DNA from: Elsinoe ampelina
Lineage: Eukaryota
Length of the DNA stretch: 64,000 nt
Reading direction: 5' to 3'
Assembly (NCBI GenBank): GCA_010093995.1
Contig: ML992511.1
Coordinates: 1,144,172-1,208,171 of the forward strand
Shown one piece after another: positions 23,522-35,769 of this stretch. Position numbers and translations under genes: made by a program. Each line of letters opens with the position of its first letter. Position 1 is the stretch's first letter. The notes under the pieces are model-generated. The model did not search any database and was not told the DNA's origin. It worked only from the letters and a program-made list of their open reading frames with translations.

Positions 23522-25698
23522 ATGGCGTCCGCTGATGAAGATGACTCTCAATCACGGTATGACGAGAAGGTGAGGATGTTCTCATTTCTCGATAATATTG
23601 ACGATAGCGACGAACGTGACTCGGATCTCGAGAGATCGATGGCTACCCTAAAGCGAAAGCGCGATGGGACACCCGTCAGGCAGGCACTACCTTCATCAAG
23701 CACTTCAAATAGAAGATCCGCTGCCATCAAGGACAAGGTTCAAGCTTTGAGCAGATCAGCGACCGCACCCGTGAATTCAACATCACTCCCAACAACAGAT
23801 CATGACAGTCAGACCCCGGAAGTATCGCGTCCAGCATTCGCGAAATTGAACAAATCTGCAAGTGTGATCGGCCACCCAAGTGCTGCGATACCTGCGAGTA
23901 CTGCCCCACCACGTGCTGCGGGCAAGATCTTCGACGGATGCCACTTCTGTAAGGACTACCGTTGGGAGTATGGCGAGATGGTTGTCTGACCTGACCAGAC
24001 TTCTTTCCCAACAACGACAACAATCCTGGACGAAATTTTCGCATCAAAAAGGCAGAAGAACATGGGGCTACACGCGCAAAGACATGGTCTGCGGAAGTCA
24101 CTCACTTGGTCGTAGACCGCAGTATGAATTATGACCAGGTTAGAGCTCATATGAAAACCTCTGAAGGTCTGGAGATCATTCCGGAACATGTTCATATCGT
24201 AATCGAGCATTATCCCGCAGAGTGCATTGCGTATCGCGCACTGCTTGACCCCCAGCAAGTACAGTATCGAATCAAGGGCTTCAATGTCCCTCCGATAAAG
24301 GCAACAGCTCCTGTCACGTCGGCAAAGCTTTCGCTCGAGCTCAAACCGGAAGGGAAACCTCAAGTTCAAACACCGTCCCAGAACACAGCGAAGACTGCCG
24401 ATTCGGAGCCGTGGTCAGGGCAGCAGGCCGCGAGTTCGCCCCTCCTGGACAAGACCAATGGCGTCTCTCGGGATCTGGATGAGCTTGACCAAGCGATCAG
24501 TGAGGCTAAGACAGCAAATGATTTGGTAGGGCAATGGAAGGATTCTGATTGTCCTTTTCTAATAACAAACCAGATGCTCGATGAGGATGACGGAGAACCC
24601 CGCCCAGGATCCAGCTCTAGTGACGAGGACAAGATGGTCAAAGCAACCAACGTTCCGAAATGGCAAGAGAAATTTCAATGCATGAAGGAGAACACAGTCA
24701 AGACGAATGACGGCCCAAACGCAGCTACTATAGCCATTCTACAAGAAATGGCAGAATATTACACGAAGATTCAGGACACTTGGCGTCCCATCGCATACCG
24801 AAAAGCCATCAACACTCTCAGGAACCACCCTGTCAAGGTCTGGACTGCAGAAGAAGCCGAGGAACTACCACATATCGGAGATAGATTGGCGCAGAAGATC
24901 GAAGAGATTGTTTGTACGAATGCTTTACGGAGACTCGAAAGCGCGAAAGCAGATCCGACCGATAAGATCCTGCAGCTCTTCCTGGGCGTTTACGGAATTG
25001 GGTATAATCAGGGAATGAAGTTCGTGGCACAGGGCTTCAAAACCCTTGAAGACCTTGCGCAAAAGGCCAGCCTGACGGACAATATGAAGATCGGCATCGA
25101 GCATTACGACGACTTCACCAGCCGTATACCCAGAGCAGAGGTCAAGGCCCACTCAGATACAGTGGATGAAGCCGTCAAGAAGATCGACAAAGATATTCAA
25201 GTCTACACCATGGGTTCGTACAGGCGAGGTGCGCAGACCTCTGGCGACATTGACCTGGTCATCACACATCCAACGTGGACAGTCTCTCACTTGCGGACAA
25301 TGCTGATCGATACGCTTGTACCAGTATTGTTCAAATCAGGATTTTTGAAGTGCTCGCTTGCGGCTACGAATCGGCTGGATGGCACTAAATGGCATGGTGC
25401 ATCTTGCCTGCCAACGTCAAAACAATGGAGGAGGATTGACTTTCTGCTGGTCCCGCCCGATGAGCTTGGTGCTGCTCTGATCTACTTCACTGGTAATGAC
25501 ATCTTCAACAGAAGCATGAGATTGCTCGCAAGCAAGAAAAGGATGAGGCTAAATCAACGCGGGCTCTATAAAGACGTCATGCGAGGAAAGGGGAGGGAGA
25601 AAATCACGGAGGGGTCACTCATCGAGGGAAGGGATGAGAAGAAGATATTCCAGGCCCTCGGGGTGCCATGGAGGGAGCCGCACGAGAGAATATGCTGA
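23522..25698 (+). CDS. POL4: X-family DNA polymerase (Pol lambda/Pol4) with BRCT domain
   Basis: BRCT-like segment (VTHLVVD), lyase domain WRPIAYRKAINTL, GSYRRG...SGDIDLVITH, RRIDFL, YFTGNDIFNRSMR, VPWREPHER. Introns near 23949-23999 and 24526-24573. Confidence 0.93.
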
Positions 25699-26223
25699 CC
25701 AGAATGAAAGCCCATTTGGTCCATTCCTCGCAGGAAAACATCCCGTAACCCAGAAGCCGATGACGACATGATCGTTGCCGCCGTTCGCGTTACAACTCGT
25801 AACCAGCGGTATAAATAACTTCAATTCGTGACCGGTGTCGCAAAACGACTTCCACAACGGCTGTCGAGCACAAGGCCGGCTTCCACAACCGAATGCCTGA
25901 ACATATGGCTGGTGGTCCCGACCAGTCTGGATCCTCTGCTGCTCATGATGGTACCCTTCTGGTCGCGAACGGTTCATCTGACACGTTCTTTGGCGACTTA
26001 AACATACTGATCACAGTAGCCATGAACGCCCTGCCGAGCGAACAGCGAGAACATGATGCGAAACCTTATGATGTCGATAGTTCAATGCAATCGGCGGACC
26101 ACATACGACGAGGCCAAGTAAAGCGAGCGTCGGTATAGGTAAGACTATAGTAAATAATCACTCAATGTGGCCCTTAGGTCTTCTTTTTAATCGCAGCATT
26201 CTCTTTTCAACATCGACAAACGC

Positions 26224-27263
26224 ATGGGTTTCGCCGCAATGGTTTTCACTACACAGACGAGCCAGACCAGTTATGCATACCTTTCAGACCTCACACAGAT
26301 CACGGACACGAACAAGACTGCATTTCTATGGATATGCGGGATTCTTACGCTCATGTACCCTCCTCTTTCAGTACTGACGAAGCTCATGCTCCACCGACGG
26401 AGATTGGGAGTAGAAGATTACTTGTGCTTCGCTGCTGCAGTAATACAACCACCTGTGCTCACTTGTCGACATGAGCTGACGATCGGAAGACAGTAGCCAT
26501 AGCCGAGCACATCTTGCTCTTTGCCTCCTTGAAAGCTGGTTTCGGCAAGACAGATGCCGCTTCGATTGAGTCGTTCAGCTTGACCAGCACTGGCAAAGTA
26601 CGTTCCATCGAAAGCCACTCCTCAATCCACTGACAATTTAGCTTGTCCAAGCGACCATGACCCTGCTCACGCTTGCCTACGGCCTTGTCAAGATCTCCAT
26701 GGCATTACTTCTCAGCTCGGTACTCGCCAGACATGTCCCACAGTACCACATCGCCGCATCCGTCGTGATTGCCTTTGCAAGTTTCTGGGCTCTCTTTTCC
26801 CTTCTCTTCCCGTACATCGACTGTCCGCTCAACACAGACATGTCAGACACCCTCAGCTGCTCAGATCATGTGAGTCCTGCGATCAAAGCAACGACCTTGT
26901 CGATCACTAACACCTTTGTAGGCACTAGAATGGTGGATCGTCGCCTTCTTGGACGCAGTCACAGAGATAGGCATTGTCATATGTGCGATCGTCATTATTC
27001 GAGCCATGTCGGTTCCCAGAACCACCAAGGTCGTTGCCTCGCTGCTCGTGGCGCCTCGACTTGTGCTGGTAGGATCGACTTTAGCAACGGCGTTGTCTTT
27101 GTCGAAGCTCATACCGTATGAGTCGATGGGTACTCCGCTATTCTTGCAGATCTTCGTCATGCAGATTGGGCTAGGATTGTCGTTTGCGACGGCCAGTCTG
27201 CCGTCGTTCAGGGTGGTATTAAAGGCTTTTGCGCTACCACATCATTCTTCAAGTCCGTCTTGA
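26224..27263 (+). CDS. PTH11-like (fungal rhodopsin-domain) integral membrane protein, multi-exon
   Basis: Hydrophobic exon fragments RRLGVEDYLCFAA, GLVKISMALLL, DAVTEIGIV, IFVMQIGLGLSFATASLPSFR, matching the D..D / K.S / P..R pattern of the family. Confidence 0.7.
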
Positions 27264-27539
27264 ACACTACGTTCGAGCTTGCAATACTCGAGTACTTGCA
27301 ACGAGCCATCTGGGAAAGAATTCTCTGAAGCTACAGCTTCCGATTTCAATCGAAGATTTGTCTCCAGCGCCCATGACAGAACTTCATCTATAGGACTTGT
27401 CAATGATCCAGTACGTCAATACATCGCCTTACAGTACCTCACTTGGTCGTATACAAGAGATTCCGGATGGATGCATGTCGATATCACATATGAAAGAGAT
27501 CTCGGTGCCTTCACATGTCGACATCAAGGCCTCTGCTGA

Positions 27540-28681
27540 CTATACATACCTCTTCTTCGCTCCGGCTTTTCGATTTGCGAGCTTCCATTCAATATCTCTC
27601 TCTTCCCGTGAGCTGCACCTCTTCAGCATCTCGAGAAACAGGATCTTCTCATGCTAGCATCGTCAGAAGATACCAAAGCGACCAGGACCTCTTCAATTTA
27701 CCCCTGTTTCGGCGACAGTTCTGCTAATCGTTCTCACCTGTAAGGCGCATCCAGGAGATATCATCTCTAAGTGCTAGCTTGGTCGAAAAAGACAGATCCA
27801 CTCAGCCTTTTCTACGCACGTCTTCCGTAGGTCACTGCAGTATCGACGCCTGACTGGCTGGCGCATCCCGAACCACATCATCTTTGTCTATTAGCACCGT
27901 CTCAACCGCCCTCTCGGGCGCGGCAACACATTGCCACATCGCATATCCCAACTTCCCAGCATTACCTTTGGCTTCAATCAAGAACCATGGCAGTCGCATT
28001 GACTGCAGCTCAGGCAGCAGGACAGTCTTTAAAGTTCTTGGAACTTCCAATCGAGGTCCGTTGCATGGTATACCCTCTAGTGGGACCGACCTTTAGAATT
28101 ACAGTCGATAAGGCAATAGAACCAGGGAAGTAGGACATCAAGTACATCAAAACCGATCTGGAAGAGTGGACTGCCTCTCTTCCCATGATGTGCTCAAAAG
28201 CGATCCGTGGCGAGATGCTGTGGTGGCTCGCAGCTCCCGGCGAAACCAGAGTCCCCGAGGTCTGGATCACTTCCAAGGAACGAGATAGGGACGTGTTTCC
28301 CCAGATCTCTATGAAGGTAGATGAAGATACCGCAGTGTTCCTCAAGTACCCGCCGAACAACCCCCCGGAGTTCAAGTCTATCCTGGTCATGATCCCCGGT
28401 TTCATGTTATTCGAGATAGTCTTGCATGGTACTCGGATCGTTTTGAACGATCAGTGCGACGCTCGATCCGATCGTCCAGATGTGATTAGGTTGATGAGAA
28501 TTACCCCACTGCCCGCTGTGTTGCCCCACCCAAGTCCCTTGGTCCCATCGCCGGCACGTCTTCCGATGTTTTGCTCCTTCTCTTCCTCCAATGCATCCAC
28601 ATCGACTTGCCGGTCTGGTGGCCACTCGTGGAATTGAACATGCGGGGTAGTATCTGTTGATTCGGCCTCATTGGTAGACAT
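27540..28681 (-). pseudogene. Probable degraded gene; fragment with PD-(D/E)xK-like FLIEAK motif
   Basis: Several short minus-strand ORFs in different frames (28451..28681, 28010..28405, 27832..28050). LPWFLIEAKGNAGKLGYAMWQC resembles the fungal PF(L/F)xxEAK...A..Q motif. I could not assemble a clean spliced frame. Confidence 0.3.
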
Positions 28682-28799
28682 CGGTAAGATGCCTCAAGAC
28701 ATCGATATCACTTGAGTACACTTCCTTGTACCTCGTCCTCTGTTGCAATCGCCATTATTTTCCGCCCCATTCATCTCCATTGCGGTTTGGCTGTACACC

Positions 28800-30257
28800 A
28801 TGACGACCACTTCAGCCACCCAATCCTCGGTGATCATAGTCGGCGCGGGACCTGTCGGTCTGCTCACAGCACTCAATCTCGCCCGCCTTGCCGTACCTGT
28901 TCTAATTCTGGAACGGGGACCTGGAATAGACCAGTCGCCACGTGCCACGTCGTACCAGCCATGTGCAATGGCCGAGCTGGAAGAAGCTGGCGTACTGGAC
29001 GACGTGCGAGCAAAGTCGATGGTGAACAATATCCTTTACTGGGTCGGACGTGGGAAGGACAAGCAGAGAGTGGCGATGGTGGAGAAGATGGAAGGCGGGG
29101 AGAAGTTCAAGAGCGGCATCAACTGTGGTCAGAACGTGTTGGCTGAGACCATTATGGAGCACCTGTTAGGGAAGTATGGAAAGGTGGCAAAAGTGGAGTT
29201 CGGGAAGACGGTAGAAGGTCTTGAGCAGGATGAGGACGGAGTGGAGATCACCTGCAAAGATACACCTAGCGGGGCAACGGTCAGGTATAGATGCGACTGG
29301 TTGGTAGGTACTGATGGAGCTGGTAGTGCTGTTCGAAGATCTCTGGGGATTGAGTTCGAAGGCTTCTCATGGCCCAAGGAGGACTTTGTGGCTACCAACG
29401 TCCGTTATCCATTCGAAAAGTATGGGTTCACGACTGCAAATTTCATCATGGATCCAGTACATTGGGCGGTGATCACTGTCATCGACGACTCTGGACTTTG
29501 GCGGTGTGCTTTTGGGGTCAAGGCCGGCATGACAAATGAGGAGATCAAAGCGGAGCTGGAAGAGCATTACAAGGAGATTCTTCCAGGTTGGCCCGGTGAG
29601 GGCTATGAGCTTGTCCAGCTGAACAAGTACAAGCCACACCAGAGATGCGCAAGTCAATTTCGGAAAGGCAGATGTTTTCTGGCTGGAGATGCTGCCCATG
29701 TGAGTACTACTCGGGGAAAATCATTTGCAATACTGAAGCACTACAGAGTAACAATCCGATTGGAGGTTTAGGTCTGACCACAGGCTTGCTCGACGGTAAG
29801 TAGGGCGTATCTAGATTCAACGATTTCGCTAATTGTCATATCAGCTGGACCGTTGGGCCGAGCTTTGGGCGCAGTAATCCGAGATGCTGCTCCAGATACT
29901 CTGCTCGACACTTGGGCAGAGTCTCGCAGGCATAAATGGCTTGCGTTTACGAACGGCTTCTCAATTGAGAATAAGCGCATGGTTCAGAGGGGAGGGTACA
30001 GCGACGATCCCCTAAGCATCTGGAAACTGGACGACATATCCCGCGAGCACGGCATGGATAACTGGATCAGAACAGCTATTCCGGACAAGAAAGAAGCAGA
30101 CCTGGCCATGTATGATGCTTTGCGCGACAAAGTTGTTCAGATGAAGAATCGCATGAAGCAGTGGGACATCGGTATGGACCCCCGATGGATGGAGCAGTAC
30201 GAAGATCACCATGTGGTTGAAACCAGGATCGCACTCCGACCCACAGCAACGACGTGA
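28800..30257 (+). CDS. FAD-dependent monooxygenase (FAD_binding_3, aromatic hydroxylase-like group A)
   Basis: IIVGAGPVG, LVGTDGAGSAVRR and FLAGDAAH motifs. Two short introns near 29700 and 29796. Confidence 0.9.
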
Positions 30258-31038
30258 GATCTGAACCTTCAGATCTCATGAGAATCTCTATGACCACGAT
30301 CTGACCATGTGGGTCGTGGCCGGATCTCCAGATCACCGCCGGGTCAAAGCCGTTGGCTTCGAATATAACGTCTTGTCTGATTGGGCATGCGACAGGCGGC
30401 ATACCATCGTTGGGCGCACCATATGGCGACGACAACAACCCTGAAATGACGTGTAGTACAAATTCCATGCAATATTGGCAGAGGCTCTGGGGATTGCCGA
30501 AATGGAGACAGAATGCGGACCGAACACAAAGTCTCCGTGACGGATAGCAGTCGCTCAACGACGGCAACGGAGACTCCAACGAGGATGGAAGTCATACCGG
30601 TCTAGACTCAAGCTCTCGGGATCGAACCTTGTGAAGAAACAAGCAAACCGAATCTGCTGTCGGTGCAGCATAGCGTAGCGCAAGAAGTGGCGAACGTATT
30701 CGCTACGTCATTCCCATGCCCTTCAAAGTCGACCTTGGACTGCAGCATTTCTTGCATCGCAATAAATGATCGATGCTGAATCCTAGCAAGTGTTTACTGA
30801 TCATTCTGCCGTGCGACACCCGATAGACTTTGCATAGTGATGAAGTGTCAACGGTCGCTTGCACTATTGCAACCGTCCTGATTATACAACGCTGTATGCC
30901 ATCATCAGTAACGACACCAAGTTACCATAATGTTGATCTTGGACGAGCCTTATATTACGTGACTCGCTGTCCTTTGGGAGGACTGCCGACCACAATCACT
31001 TCCAGCACGACTAACACTCCACACTTGAATCTTCCACA

Positions 31039-32225
31039 ATGGCAGACACTGGTATAGCAGCGGGCCAGGGCTGGCCGACGTACTTGACCGAGACCTGGGT
31101 ACGTATCCGTCAAGAGTGCATGATGAATAGCGCTGACCAGTGATGGGCATTGACCGGCATCGCTGCACTCCTCATCTTCATTCGTTGGGCTGTTCGCATC
31201 CGGACCGTCGGCTTCCGGGGATTCCAAGGCGATGACTATGTCAGCATTGGCACGCTCTGCTTCACGATCATGGATGCTGCCACAGTCACAGTAGCTTGTA
31301 TGTTGACTCTATGGTCGTGCTTTTGGAGCAAAGGCTTACATGAATTCCAGTCAAAAAAGGACAGAATGTCGATCTTTCGCCAGCCATGATCGAGAAACTC
31401 ACCGAAGCTGATATCGCCCGCATCACATGGGGGTCCAAGGTCGAATTAGCTGCGTGGTACAGCTACATCACCTTGATCTGGTGCCTGAAGTTTACCCTGC
31501 TGTTCTTCTATCAACGCCTCACCCTGGGATCTTTCAACGCCAAGCTTGTTAGGTACCTGTTCTGGATCATCGGCATCACTTATATCGCCCTCTTTCTGGT
31601 GGTTACCGTTGGATGCCGACCTTTCAAAGCCAACTGGCAAGTCTCACCCATGGCACCGTGGCAATGTTCGTTCAGACCTCAAAACCTCATTGCTACAGCG
31701 GTGCTCAACACTACCACTGATGCGGCCCTGCTCGTCATTCCAGTCATTCTGCTGTATCAGCTCAAGGTATCACTGAGCAAGAAGCTCGTCATCGGCCTCA
31801 TCTTGTCCTCTGGTGTCTTTGTCATCATCGCGGCCATCATTCGAGCTCAATTGTCGCTCGGCAACGCACCCACGGCAGCAAACATCAACAGCTGGGGCGT
31901 TCGCGAGACTGTAATCGGAGTCTTCACGGTCAATGTTCCCATCCTTCGACCGCTGTTCAGGCGTTCATTCTGGACGACTGGTGCATACAACCCCCAGTCG
32001 TCCTCGAAGAGATCTGCCAATGCTACGGGGCCTTCCCAGCACGCCACAGCCAGTCACCGTGCTCCGACTAGCACAGTCAACGACTGGAAGGATGATATCG
32101 AGAAGGGCCAAGCCTTGACCGACGCTGACGCCACCATCATCAAATCCAGCCAAGTGGTACATACTATCCACGTCCAGGAGGAAGACGAGGAGAAGTCTTT
32201 GGGATCGGAAAAAGAAAGTAAATGA
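31039..32225 (+). CDS. PTH11-like (fungal rhodopsin-domain) membrane protein; first splice junction appears damaged
   Basis: RIRTVGFRGFQGDDY, WCLKFTLLFFYQRL, GCRPFKANWQV, LNTTTDAALLVIP, WGVRETVIGVFTVNVPILRPLF. In-frame TGA at 31141 directly after the first intron acceptor. Confidence 0.75.
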
Positions 32226-32865
32226 GCTTGAAGCAAGTGTGTTGTTGCATAGCGCTGGTGTTCTTGTCGATCAATGTTTCTACTAATAGTGGTGTACCTA
32301 GTGTAAATAGACAATGAGTTTGACGGACCTTTCACACAGCTTCCTTGGTACGCTTCATTCGACGCTCTTAGTAAAGATACCAGCAGTACGATTTCGCCGC
32401 GTCCAGAGAAGATGTAGAAAACAAGTACAGAATCCGGAACCAAGACGGATCGTGGGGTCAAAACAAGGCCACCGAGCCCGTGCACTTGTTCGTCCCACTC
32501 GTAGACCCGTACCTGTCGATCGACATATAAGCGAGCTTTGCCCATTCTTGCCAATTTGCCAGCTTTTCCCTATCAAACCTCGCGCCTGACCTCGCCCCGG
32601 ACGCAGGACGATCCGAACTGGACTGGTAGCTTCACTAGCTCCAGGTCCGGCACCTCGACACGCCCTCACGCGACTGACTCTTGCCATCGGCCGACCACAT
32701 GGCCGCCGGCGTCATGGGCGAAATACGCGAGATGGCCGAAAATCCGTGCTTTGTGATCACACTAGTACTTCTAGTAATGGGGAAGTACAAAGTAGGAACG
32801 ATGTAGTAGGTCAGAAGTGTTTTTTTCTCTACTCGTCTAGGATTTATTCCCATTGCATATTCATC

Positions 32866-35518
32866 ATGGCGAGACTGCCAAAGAGACTACTGATATGCAT
32901 CGTGGTAGTGTGCTTGATCGCTGCCTCTCGTGGCGCACCACAGGCATCTCCTCCGCCTCCAGCTGCGACAAGCCCATCCGTCGGCCAAGCATCAGGTGCC
33001 ATAGCGAAGAATATTGTCGCCGGCAGCAACAATCCAGTCGCACAAGCTCTTGCAGCTCTCGTCAGCGATGCCGCGACCCTCGCAAAGGTCTTAGCATCGG
33101 CCTGGACATGGGTCGGATTCGCCCTGATCAAGCTGTTTACTCCTGAGCTAGCATATTCTTACGGCAAGAGTCCACCTGTGTATCCTACACGTAAGTCCTT
33201 GGAAGTTCTGATCTGCACCTACCACTAATTCGCCAAAAGCTCAAGGCACTGGCGACGATGGTGGTTGGGCCGATGCTTACAGCCAGGCAAAGGCTCTGGT
33301 GGCGCAGATGACCAATGTAGAGAAAGCAAACATCACCTTCGGCGTATCACAAACCAGAGGCTGCTCTGGCTTCACCGGCAGCGTACCTCGACTCGGCTTC
33401 CCTGGCATGTGCTTGAACGACGCTGAATCGGGTGTTCGTACTGGCAAGCTGGTGTCCGGCTATCCTGCTCAACTTCACGTCGGCGCTTCTTGGAACCGCG
33501 AGCTTGCTGGCGATAGAGCTGTTGCGATTGGCAAGGAATTCAAAAAGAAGGGCATCAATGTCTTGCTCGGACCTGTAGTCGGTCCCCTTGGCCGTGTCGC
33601 CAAAGGAGGTCGCAACTGGGAAGGCTTCACTAATGATCCTTATCTCGCTGGTGCTTTGGTCGAACCAACAGTAGTCGGAATGCAACAGTCCGTCATTGCC
33701 TGCGTAAAGCACTTCATTGTCAACGAGCAAGAGACAAATCGCAATCCTTTCTTGCAAGGGTTCATTCCTGGCTTTGCAAACGAGAGTGTATCCTCCAACT
33801 TGGATGACAGGACGATGCATGAAGCCTACCTCTGGCCTTTCTATGATGCACTCCGGGCGGAAGCTGGATCGATCATGTGCTCATACAACAAGATTAACGG
33901 ATCTTATGGCTGTGCCAATTCGAAGACTTTGAACGGACTGCTCAAGACTGAGCTTGGTTTTGAAGGCTTTGTAGTGAGCGATTGGTACGCTGAGCACTCC
34001 GGTGTCGCTCCAAGGAATTCTGGTATGGATATGGTCATGCCATCTTCACAGTTCCTCAATCCTGATTCACTGGCTGGCGCGGTCGCAAACGGATCAATTG
34101 CAGCTACTAGGCTTGACGACATGGCGACTAGAGTACTTGCTGCCTGGTATCGCTTTGCTCGTCTCAATGCCCCTGGACAGGAGCTCTACGCTGATGTCGA
34201 CGCGCGCGATCCTGCCGATGAGACTATAAGATTTCAGTCTGCGGTTGAGGGTCACGTACTGGTCAAGAATGTCAATAATGCCCTGCCACTCAAAAAGCCT
34301 GCTGTGCTGAACCTATTCGGGTATGATGCGGTTGGTGGGTCAAACACTTCAGGGCTTGATTCAACCCTGTACAATTTCGGACAGTCGAACACCAGGAGCT
34401 ACACAGACGGTAGACCGTTCACTGGTCTGCAGGCCCTACTTCTCTTTGCGTCAGTCCTACCAGCTGGTAGCGCTGGACCAGAGGTCGCCCTGCAAGGTAC
34501 CATGATCACTGGCGGTGGATCCGGGGCCATCACTCCAACTCTGTCATTCTCGCCTTATGATGCTTTCCGGATCCAGGCCGTTCAGGATGGGACGATCCTC
34601 AACACTGATTTCACGTCCCAAAATCCATCTGTCAAGTCGCCCAATGGTCCTTGCATTGTGTTCATCAACTCAGCAAGCAGCGAGGCGTATGATAGAGTGA
34701 CACTCGCAGACACTTACTCCGACACCCTCGTGACCAACGTCGCCAACAAATGTCGCAACACGATTGTAGTGATCCACAACGCCGGTATTCGCGTGGTAGA
34801 CCGCTGGATCAACCACCCTAACATCACAGCCGTCATCTACGGTCACCTCCCAGGCCAAGATAGCGGCCTCGCCCTCACAGAAATCATGTACGGCCGACAA
34901 TCCCCCTCAGGCCGCCTGCCCTACACCGTCGCCAAAACCGAAGCCGACTACGGCAGCCTCCTCAACCCTAGCTTCGCCGATCCCAACAACCTTCTGTACT
35001 CCCAATCCGACTTCACCGAAGGCCTCTACATCGACTACAAATCCTTCATCCAACGCGGCGTCGCACCCCGCTTCGCATTCGGCTTCGGCCTGACGTATAC
35101 CACCTTCACTTACTCCTCACTTACTACCAGTATTTCTTCGGGCGCCAACACCTCCCCTCTCCCACCCGACCGCGTCTCCCCGACCACCCCGGCACCTCAA
35201 GGCGGCCTCGCCTCTCTCTACGACATCATCGCCACGGTCTCCGTGACCATCGCAAACTCCGGCACTGTCGCCGCTGCGGAGGTCGCACAGCTGTACATCA
35301 ATATCCCCAACAGCGGTCTTCCCAAAGCGTTGCGTGGGTTTGACAAGCAGCTCCTACAGCCGGGGGAGGCGAAGGTGTTTACTTTTCCGTTGCGCAGGAG
35401 GGATCTGAGTATTTGGGATACGAGGCAGCAGCAGTGGGTTTTGCAGGCGGGGAGGTACGGGGTGGTGGTGGGGGGCAGTGTGGAGGATGTGAGAGCCGAG
35501 GGGACGATCACTATATGA
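32866..35518 (+). CDS. Secreted glycoside hydrolase family 3 beta-glucosidase
   Basis: Signal-like N-terminus, SPPVYP, GGRNWEGF, CVKHF, MCSYN, GFVVSDW (nucleophile Asp), PSGRLPYT and an FnIII-like LRGFDK...RRDLSIWD end. Intron 33191..33239. Confidence 0.95.
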
Positions 35519-35769
35519 TCTCGGATCTCGGGGGATGGACCATGGAAGAAGGAATGAATATTCTAGGTGTCTGAGGCTCCTGGCCCAGGTACCACTGGTA
35601 AGTGCTAGTCTGTTGTCCTCACAAATGAAAAGTAACGAATGTTTCTGGTATCCTTTTCCCGTCCGTGTTCTTTCCGTGCCTCGCGGCGTGTCCTGTATCG
35701 AGTGCACCATACATCGTGCTACTATAAACCCTTCAACTCCGCGAGGATCCACAATGCCTGAGAGAGCGA

